Assembly (NCBI GenBank): GCA_038087875.1
Contig: JAXLNO010000620.1
Span: 248,001 to 270,022, forward strand
DNA: 22,022 nt
Direction of reading: 5' to 3'
Source of the DNA: Malacoraja senta
Taxonomy: Eukaryota
Shown here: piece by piece, positions 11,366 to 21,111 of the stretch
Numbering within the stretch: position 1 is the first letter of the stretch
Layout: each line of letters begins with the position of its first letter
Made by a program: the position numbers and the translations under genes
Notes under the pieces: generated by a model
What the model saw: only the letters and a program-made list of their open reading frames with translations
The model's database searches: none
Told to the model about the DNA's origin: nothing

Positions 11366-12528
11366 AGAGAGCCATGGTTGTACATTACATAGTCAGACCC
11401 TTCGGCCAATCGCATCCATGTCCACCTTTTTTCCCAGGCACGCAAATTTCTTTTACCCACAGTAGAACCGTATTATTCTGCACCTCGTTTCATAAAGCAC
11501 AATTCCTCTTACATGTAGCAATTACATCTGATTCCACCACCACTTCTGGCAAAATATTCCAGGTATTTAATAACTCTTTGTGTGAAGAAAACTGCGTCCT
11601 CCAGTATTGATATCCCTGCATGAAAATAAACTTTAGCTGATCTAGCTTCTATCCTGCTGCAGACTTTGAGAGACTTCCTTGCAATCCACAACCTTACCCG
11701 TTCTCTGCAAACTTTGCAGTCACACCTCCTACATTCACATCCAAGCCATGAAAACATAAAATAAACAGCAAAAGTTGCAGCACCGATCTCTGCCGCACAC
11801 CACCAGTCACAGACCTCCAGGCAGAAAAATCATCCTTCTACACAGCTTTCTACCTCCAACCACCAAGCCAATTGTGGGTCCATTTTACCAACTCGTCTTG
11901 GATCCCACTTGCCTTTGCTTTCTGGACGAGCCTTGCATGCAAGTCCCTCAGTGAAGTTCATATATTACTGCACAATGAGATCAGAGTGTTCTTGGTTGTA
12001 CAGACGCATCAAATCCACCCTCCACTAAAGAAAGCAAGTCAACGGTGGCAGATTGCCTCGCTCGTCCAGTCCACTCCCGTTCAGTGTGATCACGGCAACT
12101 CCACCCCACATCTCTACATCCTCTTTAACCACCTCTAATCACCACTCACACCAGTCTCCTCATCTTCCAATCTGCCTCTCCCTCGCCACCTACTGGCAAG
12201 ATATTTGAATACCCGCCTTATTTCTCCATCCCCACCCGCAATCTCTCGTTCATCCTCACTTTTCACATTCGTTTCCCGTCTCGCCCGCTCCCGTTCCCGA
12301 TAACCCGCGGAATTCCCCCTCTTCTGCCCGGTTGCGAAATTCCGGGAAAGATGTCTGTTGTCCATCCGATATGGTTGTCGGTGAAACCCCGGCCAAGGTT
12401 TCAGTTGTCCGCCCGCCTGTGCCTGAGGCCGAGCGGCTTCTCCCCAGGTCCCGGGGCCGCTGCTGCCCGAGTCTCCCCCACACCGACCCCCGGGGACTGA
12501 CTCTGTGATTCTCTGCTCCTCCCCCCAG

Positions 12529-13061
12529 TCTCCGTCACCCTGGATGTGGACACAGCGCATGCGGAGCTCGAGGTGTCTGAGGATCGGAAGAGGGTGAGAG
12601 TGACCGGGACCCGGAGGCGTCTCCCTGACACCGGGAAGAGGTTTACAGTGTATGAGTGTGTGCTGGGATCGGAGGGATTCACATCGGGGGGACATTACTG
12701 GGAGGTGGAGGTGGCGGGGAGTCGGTACTGGGGTCTGGGAGTCGCCGCAGAGTCTGTGGAGAGATAGAGACGGGTCACACTCACCCCGGAGACTGGAGTC
12801 TGGAGCATCGAGCGGGATGATGACGAGTTTGATGCATTCACCTCCCCTCGATCCCGTCTCCCTGCCCGTCCCATCCCCGGGAGGGTGGGAGTTTATCTCA
12901 GTTACGAGTCCGGGACAGTTTCATTTTACGACGCGGACACCAAGTCCCATCTCCACACCTTCACTGGGAATAAATTCACGGAGAAACTTTATCCTTTCTT
13001 CGAGACTTGGGATGAAAACCACTGGCTGAGAATCTGCTCCGGTTCCGCTCCGGGTGTGTAA
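12529..13061 (+). pseudogene. TRIM exon 6a: PRY/SPRY (B30.2) with a single in-frame TAG
   Basis: ccccag|SVTLDVDTAHAELEVSEDRKRV...CVLGSEGFTSGGHYWEVEV...WGLGVAAESVER*RRV...GRVGVYLSYESGTVSFYDADTKSHLHTF...YPFFETWDENHWLRICSGSAPGV*. TAG at 12765-12767; final TAA at 13059-13061 in the same frame. Confidence 0.93.
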
Positions 13062-13199
13062 AAGGGTCGGGTCCCGGGACCGGCGTCAGGAGCGGGGCTC
13101 AGGGACTGTGGGGCAGAAACCCGGTGGACAACAGGTCGGCGCTGAACGGCTCCCATTTAATCCCCAAATTCCGCGTCGTAAAACCCCAGTGAGCGCGGA

Positions 13200-13242
13200 A
13201 ATAAAACCAGGGGGAATGTAAATGTGGGAAGAATGAAATAAA
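13200..13242 (+). terminator. Candidate polyadenylation signals after exon 6a (AATAAA x2); equivalent at 18712-18717
   Basis: AATAAA at 13200-13205 and 13237-13242, 140-180 nt after the stop codon. Confidence 0.45.
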
Positions 13243-13454
13243 CAGCAACTGGAATCAGAGCTGTCTGTCGATCCGTTCATTTCAACGCGTTAACCGCGTC
13301 CGGCAACGGAACAGAAATTACTTTTGTGAAAATATAAAGATTGAAACAATCTCCCTTCCCACGGGTTCAGCAGCAGCCGCGGGCGGCGGGTCCTGAGCTC
13401 CGGGATCCCCCGGGTCCTAAAGTCCGCAGACAATAAAAATTCGAATATTAAATA

Positions 13455-13549
13455 GTCTGAAGAAGGGTTTCGGCCCGAAATGTTGCCTATTTCCTTCGCT
13501 CCATAGATGCTGCTGCACCCGCTGAGTTTCTCCAGCATTTTTGTGTACC
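13455..13549 (+). mobile_element. ~95-bp PLE-type insertion carrying a minimal type I hammerhead ribozyme motif
   Basis: CTGAAGA-A-GGGT-TTCG-GCCC-GAAA-TG-TT at 13457-13484. Flanked by TTAAATA direct repeats (13448-13454, 13550-13556). Absent at the paralogous site (~18945-18958). Confidence 0.7.
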
Positions 13550-14053
13550 TTAAATATTTATAGCGTGTTTGCAGCATTTGCTCTCCACACAACAGATTCG
13601 TTTACTTCGGAACGGATCTTTGGAAGAATGGGTTCTAACCGAATTCCCGGTTCCAGGTGGGAGCCCGTTGTGCTCAGGCTCTGCCTGTCTCTCTGTAGGA
13701 TGCGTAGATCATTCCTTGTTTCTGTCGCAGACCCCTCCCTCACCTCTCTCTCAGGTACATCATGTCTGTATCGGCGCTGCTTCCTGCTCTCGTTCACCGC
13801 TTTAACGCTTCATCTCCCTCCCTGCCAGTTTCCAACCAGCTCTCACTTTCCTCTGCTCGAGCCCCGACTCTTCCCTTCGCTTTCTCACCGTCTCTGTCTG
13901 TTTCACAGAAAACGCGAGTGACCAAAGTCCATTCCAAACCCGCGGACGCCACCGGCTACTTCGTCCATCCACTACCCCTGTTTGCGCATCGGAAATTGAT
14001 TATTCCCTCCAAGATCGAGTGCGTACAGCAACAACCCGCTTACATTTACACAA

Positions 14054-14456
14054 CAGTGACGTGCGGTGAGGCCAATGGCTGGGGAGGCACTGGACAGTAT
14101 CAGTGGCCCGGTATTGATCACCGCGTCTCCCCGAGGAGAGAGAGTGGTGGAGCCCTGGCTGGGAGGGAGGGATAGAGAAGAGAAGGGAAGGAGAGAGAGA
14201 GAGAGAGAGAAGGGAGGGAGAGAGAGAGGGGGGGGAGGGAGAGAGAGAGAACGGGGTGGGAGAGAGAGAGAAGGGGAGAAGAGAGAGAGAGAGGAGGGAG
14301 AAAGAGAGAAGTGGGAGAGAAGGGAAAGAGAGGAGAGAGAATGGGGAGAGAGAGAAGGGAGAGATAATGTGGGAGAGGGAAGGGAGAGAGAGAGAGAGAG
14401 AATGGGGCGAGAGAGAGAATGGGGAGAGAGGGAGAAGGGAGAGAGGAATTATGGCG
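14054..14456 (+). mobile_element. Left end of a hAT-like DNA transposon, truncated by the duplication junction
   Basis: Starts with CAGTGACGTGCGGTGAG, identical to 19451, and is cut at 14456. Confidence 0.6.
14161..14448 (+). repeat. Polypurine (GA)n / GAGAGAGAATGGG low-complexity tract
   Basis: Almost pure G/A for ~290 bp. Confidence 0.95.
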
Positions 14457-15246
14457 TTTGTCCTCCTTAACAGCAATAATTGGACCTGTTCTATCCCTAG
14501 TTATCCTTTTGCTCTTAAAGGGGAATATTCTCCCCCGGTTATTCTTTTGCTGGTAATTTACTTGTAGAATCTTCTTGGGGGGGGTTGTCATAATTATCCG
14601 AGCCACATCGAGAGCATTTTGCCTAGCTTTCATAACCTTAACCATCAAATGATGTTACAGCATTGGAGGCAACACAAAATGGAATCACCGGGATAATTGC
14701 AGGATGAGGGGCTTGTCTCATCAGCAGGGTTTATCGAGGTTGGATCGATATTCCTTGCAGTTTAAAAGAATGAAGTCGTTTTACCATTGTCCCCAAGGTC
14801 CACGACTGGATGGAGAGCAGTGAATCTCTGGAATTCTCCAACCCAGAGACTTTTGGGGATTGAAACTGTCAGCAGTATTTGAACCAGAAGGAGCGACATT
14901 GTTATTGCAAATTCCAGGAATTGAATATGAGGGGAATGGGGAAAAAAGGGGATCTATTCTGGGAAAGATTAGCCATGACCACATTATGGGGATTCACATT
15001 GAAATCTAGAACGTGGCGCACACATCATCATTTATCATCTGTCATCCATGAATTGAACATGTAGGGAATGGGGCAAACAGGGGGAAATCTCTTGTGCTTA
15101 TCCTGTTTCCCCTTCAATGTATCTCCAACATTGGCTTCGGCCACTTTTGTGCGATTGAGTTCCACGTTCCCTTTGCTGCTTGACTAATGGGATTTATTAA
15201 AGGCCATCCCATATTTCATCTTTGAATTTCGGTCTCCCTAAAAGCA

Positions 15247-15380
15247 ACTGCTTCTTCTTGCGTATGGCGTGCACAGCCTTAGGTTGTAGGACAACTTGTT
15301 CTATTTGATCATATTTGATTGTGCACGCCAGGTTGATTGCATTCATCGAAACACGTGAAGGTTGCAATCTCCCACCCCCC
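15247..15380 (-). mobile_element. ~130-bp non-autonomous retroposon with HDV-like ribozyme remnant at its 5' end and an (AAG)n tail
   Basis: Present only in the second duplicate (empty site CCCTAAAAGCAGCAATAC at ~7964-7981). Flanked by CCCTAAAAG(C/T)A (15236-15246, 15378-15388). Minus strand ends in CAAGAAGAAG. 11-bp inverted repeat at 15265-15275 / 15320-15330. Confidence 0.7.
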
Positions 15381-15725
15381 TAAAAGTAGCAATACTATTT
15401 GTCCCCCCACCCATTTAAATCCACAGATAATCTTAAATCACCCCATCCCTTAATTCCCTGGCATCTTCTTCAGATAACACCCCACCATCTCCTCATTCTT
15501 GCCCGTAACTTGCACCCTCTCAATGATGGCATCATTTTCATGTACGTTCATTGTGTTTCCCCCCCGTGGGTCTTTGTCCCGTCGGAAATATCCTTTATAT
15601 GTCTGTGTGGCTGCCGCAATAAGAGTTGGTTAATAGGAATCTTGTGGTAATTTGCGTGCCATTTCTACTGTCGGGATGTAGATGTTCTGTCTCAGTTATT
15701 CAGATGTGTGTCTTATTTCTTTCAG

Positions 15726-15748
15726 GAGGCAGCTGGTCGGAAAAGGAG
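15726..15748 (+). pseudogene. TRIM exon 4b (23 nt)
   Basis: ttcag|GAGGCAGCTGGTCGGAAAAGGAG|gtagg. Confidence 0.8.
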
Positions 15749-15844
15749 GTAGGACACGCTCTTGATTGAAACGCTGTATGTTTTTGTAGTACAGCTCCGA
15801 AATTGTGGAAGCTCAGATTCTAACCAGCTGTTAAATATTTGCAG

Positions 15845-15960
15845 GGTTCGTGATGAAGTTCGTACATTGTCAGTGACAGATGGTACCTTGCCGATTGAAA
15901 AGATTCATCACCACTTTGTGTTGAACACGCTGTGGAGAGAAACGTGTGCCATTCAGCGAG
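15845..15960 (+). pseudogene. TRIM exon 5b (116 nt)
   Basis: gcag|(R)VRDEVRTLSVTDGTLPIEKIHHHFVLNTLWRETCAIQR|gtaaaa. Confidence 0.82.
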
Positions 15961-18031
15961 GTAAAACTTGTTCAGTTTCCACTCTTCTCATTGATTACAC
16001 CTTTAAGTACCACAAATGCAAACATTACACAGTAATTGTACTCACCTCCACCTCTGGCATCTCGTTCTATCTCTCTACCATCCACTGTCTGAAAACATTG
16101 ACCTTCAATGCCTTTTCCAACTTTACCATCTCACTTTAAACTGATGCCCTCAATCTTTAGGCTTTTGAAAATTCTGTCTTCCATTCTTCAGCCCATTAGA
16201 CCTGCTAATTAAGATCACATTTCATCTCAGGTCACCTTCTTCACTCTCCATGACGCCACCAATATTAGTGTCCTCCACAAACCTACTAACATGCCACCCA
16301 CATACTCATACAAAGCGTTCGTATAAATAACGACCAACAATGGAGATAGAGTCGAGCTCTATGGCACACCCTTTGCGAGAGCCTCCAGTCTGAAAAGCAT
16401 TCCTCCACCAACCCCCTGTCTCCTGCCTTCAGGCCACGGTTATGCTCCATTGTGTAACTTCCTGGATTCGATCAGATCCAAACATCCAGACCACGTACCA
16501 CGCAGACGGTTGAAGTTGTTTCTCCAACATAGCAGTAAATATCTGGAATTGTGTGATGTAATTGATGGTGTTGGGCCAGATTTTGGGTATAGGTGAAGGG
16601 AAAATAGTTGGATATTGGAAAGATCATTAAACTGAGGGTGATGGGGAAGTCACACTGAAGAAGAACTGGAGCCAGCTTCGTTCAGCCATTATCACATTGA
16701 ACAGAGGATAGGCCTGAGAGGCGGAGCCTACTCCGCACCTATTTTCTTCCTGTCTCATGTTTTTTTCTACTTATACAAAGATAAACTTTGCACAGAGCGA
16801 ATGTAGCAACGATTGACAATACTTGGTTCCGTAACGATATTTGTTGTGCGGGTGACATTGAGTAGACTGCCTGTGTGCTCGAGAGTTCAATTGTATTTGA
16901 GGAGATCTCTGGGAAATACAAAGTTCCTACACTGCTCAGTGGGCTGGATGCAGGGAGGATGTTTCCCCTGTTTGAGGGGTCTGGAGCCAGCGGAAACCAT
17001 CTCAGAATGTGGGCTGGACCATTTAGGACAGAGACAAGGAGACATTACTGCACGCAGAGACTGGGCAACCTTTGGAATGCCCTGCACCGGTGGCTGTGGA
17101 GACTCAGTCATTCAGTGCTCTTGGAGCCAGAGAGCCATGGTTGTACATTACATAGTCAGGCCCTTCGACCCATCACGTCTATGACCACCTTTATTCCCAG
17201 CCATTCTAATCCCATTTGCCCACATTAGAAACATATTATTCCACACCTCGTTTGCTAAATCGGAATGCCTCTTAAATGTAGTGATTACATCTGATGTGAC
17301 CACCTCTTTAGGCAAAATATTCCAAGTATTAACAACTCCGTGTGTGAAGAAAACTTACCACTCAGATCCACTTTATAACTCCATCCTCTCGTGTTAAACC
17401 CGCGCCCTCCAGTTTTGATATCGCTGTACGATGATAAGGTTTGGATGATCTAGCCTATATCCCGCTGCAGACTTTGACAGACTTCCTTGCTATCCCCAAC
17501 ATTACTCGTTCTCCACAAACGTAGTAGTCACCCCTCCTACATTCACATCCAAGCCATGAAAATATAAAATAAACAGCAAAGGTTGCAGCACTGATCGTCT
17601 TGGATCCCACCTGCCTTCTCTACATACTCTTTAACCACCTCTAATCACCACTCACCTCCGTCTCCTCATCTTCCAATCTGCCTCTCCCTCGCCATCTACT
17701 GGCAAGATATTTGAATACCCGCCTTATTTCTCCATCCCCACCCGTAATCTCTCGTTCATCCTCACTTTTCACATTCGTTTCTCGTCTCGTCGCTCCCGTT
17801 CCCGATAACCCGCGGAATTTACCCTCTCCTGCCAGGTTGCGAAATCCGGGAAAGATGTGTGTTGTTCACCCGATGTGGTTGGGGTGAAATCCCGGGCCAG
17901 GTTTCAGTTGTCCGCCCGCCTGTGCCTGAGGCCGAGCGGCTTCTCCCCCGGTCCCGGGGCCGCTGTTGCCCGAGTCTCCCCCACACCGACCCCCGGGGAC
18001 TGACTCTGTGATTCTCTGATTCTCCCCCCAG

Positions 18032-18565
18032 TCTCCGTCACCCTGGATGTGGAAACAGCGCATGCGCGGCTCGAGGTGTCTGAGGATCGGAAGAGGGTGA
18101 GAGTGACCAGACCTGGAGGAGTCTCCCTGACACCGGGAAGAGGTTTACAGACAGTGAGTGTGTGCTGGGATCGGAGGGATTCACATCGGGGGAGACATTA
18201 CTGGGAGGTGGAGGTGGCGGGGAGTCGGTGGTGGTGTCTGGGAGTCGCCGCAGAGTCTGTGGAGAGATAGAGACGGGTCACACTCACCCCGGAGACTGGA
18301 GTCTGGAGCATCGTCCGGCGGGATGACGGGTTTGTTGCACTCACCTCCCCTCAATCCCCTCTCCCCGACCGTCCCATTCCCCGGGAGGGTGGGAGTTTAT
18401 CTCAGTTACGAGTCCGGGACAGTTTCATTTTACGACGCGGACACCAAGTCCCATCTCCACACCTTCACTGGGAATAAATTCACGGAGAAACTTTATCCTT
18501 TCTTCGGGCCTTGGGATGAAAACCAGCGGCTGAGAATCTGCTCCGGTTCCGCTCCGGGTGTGTAA
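18032..18565 (+). pseudogene. TRIM exon 6b: PRY/SPRY (B30.2), disrupted
   Basis: Paralog of 6a. Carries a -1 frameshift near 18108, +1 near 18190, the same TAG at 18268-18270, and +1 near 18378. Ends ...FFGPWDENQRLRICSGSAPGV* at 18565. Confidence 0.92.
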
Positions 18566-19552
18566 AAGGGTCGGGTCCCGGGACCGGCGTCAGGAGCGGG
18601 GCTCAGGGGCTGTGGGGCAGAAACCCGGTGGACAACAGGTCGGCGCTGAACGAACGGCTCCCATTTAATCCCCAAATTCCGCGTCGTGAAACAAACCCCA
18701 GTGAGAGTGGAAATAAAACCAGGGGGGATTTAAATGTGGGAAGAGTGAAATAAACAGGACCTGAAATCAGAGCTGTCTGTCGATCCGTTCATTTTAACCC
18801 GTTAACCGCGTCCGGCAACGGAACAGAAATTACTTTTGTGAAAATATAAAGATTGAAACAATCTCCCTTCCCGCGGGTTCAGCAGCAGCCGCGGGCGGCG
18901 GGTCCTGAGCTCCGGGATCCCCCGGGTCCTAAAGTCCGCAGACTGATATTAATATATAGCCTGTTTGCAGCATTTACTCTCCACACAAACAGATTCGTTT
19001 ATTTCGGAACGGATCTTTGGAAGAATAGGTTCAAACCGAATTTCCCGTTCCAGGTGGGAGCCCGTTGTTCTCAGGCTCTGCCTGTCTCTCTGTAGGATGC
19101 GTAGATCATTCCTTGTTTCTGTCGCAGACCCCTCCCTCACCTCTCTCTCAGGTACATCATGTCTGTATCGGTGCTGCTTCCTGCTCTCGTTCACCGCTTA
19201 ACGCTTCATCTCCCTCACTGCAAGTTTCCAACAGCTCCCACTTTCCTCTGCTCGAGCCCCGACTCTTCCCTTCGCTTTCCCGCCGTCTCTGTCTCCGTTT
19301 CACAGAAAACGCGAGTGACCAAAGTCCATTTCAAGCCCGCGGACGCCATCGGCTACTTCGTCCATCCACTACCCCTGTTTGCGCATCGGAAATGGATTAT
19401 TCCCTCCAAGATCGAGTGCGTACAGCAACAACCCGCTTACATTTACACAACAGTGACGTGCGGTGAGGCCAATGGCTGGGGAGGCACTGGCTATATCAGT
19501 GGCCCGGTATTGATCACCGCGTCTCCCCGAGGAGAGTGGTGGAGCCCTGGCT

Positions 19553-19840
19553 GGGAGGGAGGGATAGAGAAGAGAAGGGAGGGGAGAGAGAAGGGAGGGA
19601 GAGAGAGGGGGGAGGGAGAGAGAGAGAAGGGGGTGGGAGAGAGAGAGAAGGGGGAGGAGGTAGAGAGAGAGAGAAGTGGGAGAGTAGGGAGGGCGAGGAG
19701 AGAGAATGGGGAGAGAGAAGGGAGGAGAGATAATGGGGGAGAGAGAGAGAATGGGGCGAGAGAGGGAGAATGGGGAGAGAGAGAATGTGGGAGAGAGAGA
19801 GAAAATGGGGCGAGAGAGAGATAGGGAGAGAGAGGAAGGA
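19553..19840 (+). repeat. Polypurine (GA)n tract, paralog of 14161-14448
   Basis: Almost pure G/A for ~290 bp. Confidence 0.95.
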
Positions 19841-20035
19841 TGGCACGTTATAACCCGCAGCCGTCTCATTCTCACCGCCGCAGAACCCCCCACCCCACCA
19901 TTGCACCCTTCTTCACGGCGGCGCAGTGATGTCTCGGCTCTGACAAATCGAGGGATCCAACCGGTAACAACACTAAGAGCAGCCCCGGGCCGCCACGCTC
20001 CCCGACTCGAATCTGAGCTTGAAAAATCAGGTGGT

Positions 20036-20075
20036 GGGCTGATGTGTCCCGCGGGCCATATTTTGGAGACTCCTG
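20036..20075 (-). mobile_element. Isolated hAT-Charlie-like terminal repeat (a second one ends at 20920)
   Basis: Minus strand CAGGAGTCTCCAAAATATGGCCCGCGGG resembles the Charlie-type terminus CAGGGGTNTCCAAANTACGGCCCGCGGG. The minus strand from 20920 reads CAGGGGTCGGCAAGC. Confidence 0.5.
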
Positions 20076-21111
20076 CCTTACATGAACTAAACAAAAATGT
20101 ACAGAAGTACAAAAATTGATGACTTTATTATTCTGATAAGTATAGATCTATTTTTCAAAAAAATCAAATAACTTTTCTATTGTACCGACAAAGTCTACCT
20201 TCCCAATGACCGTTTTTTCGCCGAGTGCCGTATCTTGCTCCGCTCCATGATCTTTGGCCTGTGCCGCCGCTGCTGAAGCTAGCTAACGTGGAGGGAGAGT
20301 GAGGTAGCGTCAATTACGTGGGCTGAGCCTACGTAATTGATGCTCGCTCTCCCTCCACTGGGCTCAAGACACGTCCCCTTGTGAGGCGGATGTGATCGCT
20401 GCCTCCCCTGGAGCTTTTTCTATGCAGCTTTATGTGAGACCAGCGAGTACAAATTTGATATCTTTATGTGAAATACCTTACCTGGACTATGGAAGGTAAG
20501 GACATGTAATGAAGGGGTTTACACACATTACTTTGGTGACATACATAGAGATAGTAACAGACACACGCTTATTGCCCGCACTCCATGCAGTTTCTAAGGG
20601 GTTGCGCAATTCGGAGGGGAGGCTCAGCTCGTCGATGCCTCACCTCTCATCTCTCCATGTATTTGGAGCAGAGCTGCGCAAATTTTGCGATTTTTACTAT
20701 AAAAAATGATTAGATTCATATAGAAATTACATTTATAACACAGATCAGTGGAAAAATCTTTATATTTTTTTTAATTTTATTATTATTTTTCTTTACTTTT
20801 CTTAACAGCTATTTTCATTGGGAGTATGACAGGTGAGGCTCTGCCTCCTCTGACCGCACGTCCCTGCCGTTCACAGACATGGGTCCTGGCCCCTATGCTG
20901 AACAAGCTTGCCGACCCCTGCCCTAGTGGGAGAGATTAGTTTAGTTTAGCTGAGATTCCCCCGCCCCCATGCGGGAGCTTGACCGCCCCGATGCTGGGTG
21001 CCTGACCGCCAGCAGCGGGAGTAAGATCGTCCGGTCAACGGAGGGCTCGAGGCCCCCGAATGTGGGAGAACAAAGAAGGGAAGAGATTTAACTTTTTTTC
21101 GCCTTCTTCAT

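Larger units (their letters stand above)
7182..19845 (+). repeat. Direct segmental duplication 7182-14456 / 14457-~19845 containing exons 4-6, 3' UTR and flank
   Basis: TTTGTCCTCCTTAACAGCA starts both units and both end in a GA-rich tract followed by ATGGC. The units are colinear apart from copy-specific insertions and deletions. Confidence 0.93.
19451..20866 (+). mobile_element. Non-autonomous hAT-like DNA transposon (~1.4 kb)
   Basis: Terminal inverted repeats CAGTGACGTGCGGTGAG (19451) and, on the minus strand, CAGGGACGTGCGGTCAG (ending 20866), 15/17 identical, with subterminal GAGGCA motifs. No transposase ORF. The flanking 8-mers differ (TTACACAA vs CCGTTCAC), so no TSD. Confidence 0.6.

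Noticed and set aside
13558..13797. Minus-strand ~80-aa ORF also present at 18949-19194
   Set aside because: Similarity is explained by the duplication. It has a non-ATG start, divergent C-termini and no recognisable domain.
14054..14085. CRE-like TGACGT plus CCAAT box suggesting a promoter
   Set aside because: They are part of the terminal sequence of the hAT-like element, whose matching TIR ends at 20866.
14000..14648. Long low-complexity ORFs (ERER.../LSLS...) here and at 19159-20119
   Set aside because: Translation artefacts of stop-free (GA)n tracts.
18049..18270. Compensating -1/+1 frameshifts in exon 6b as a sign of selection
   Set aside because: The restored frame still hits the TAG and a further frameshift follows. 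The +1 lies in a G homopolymer.
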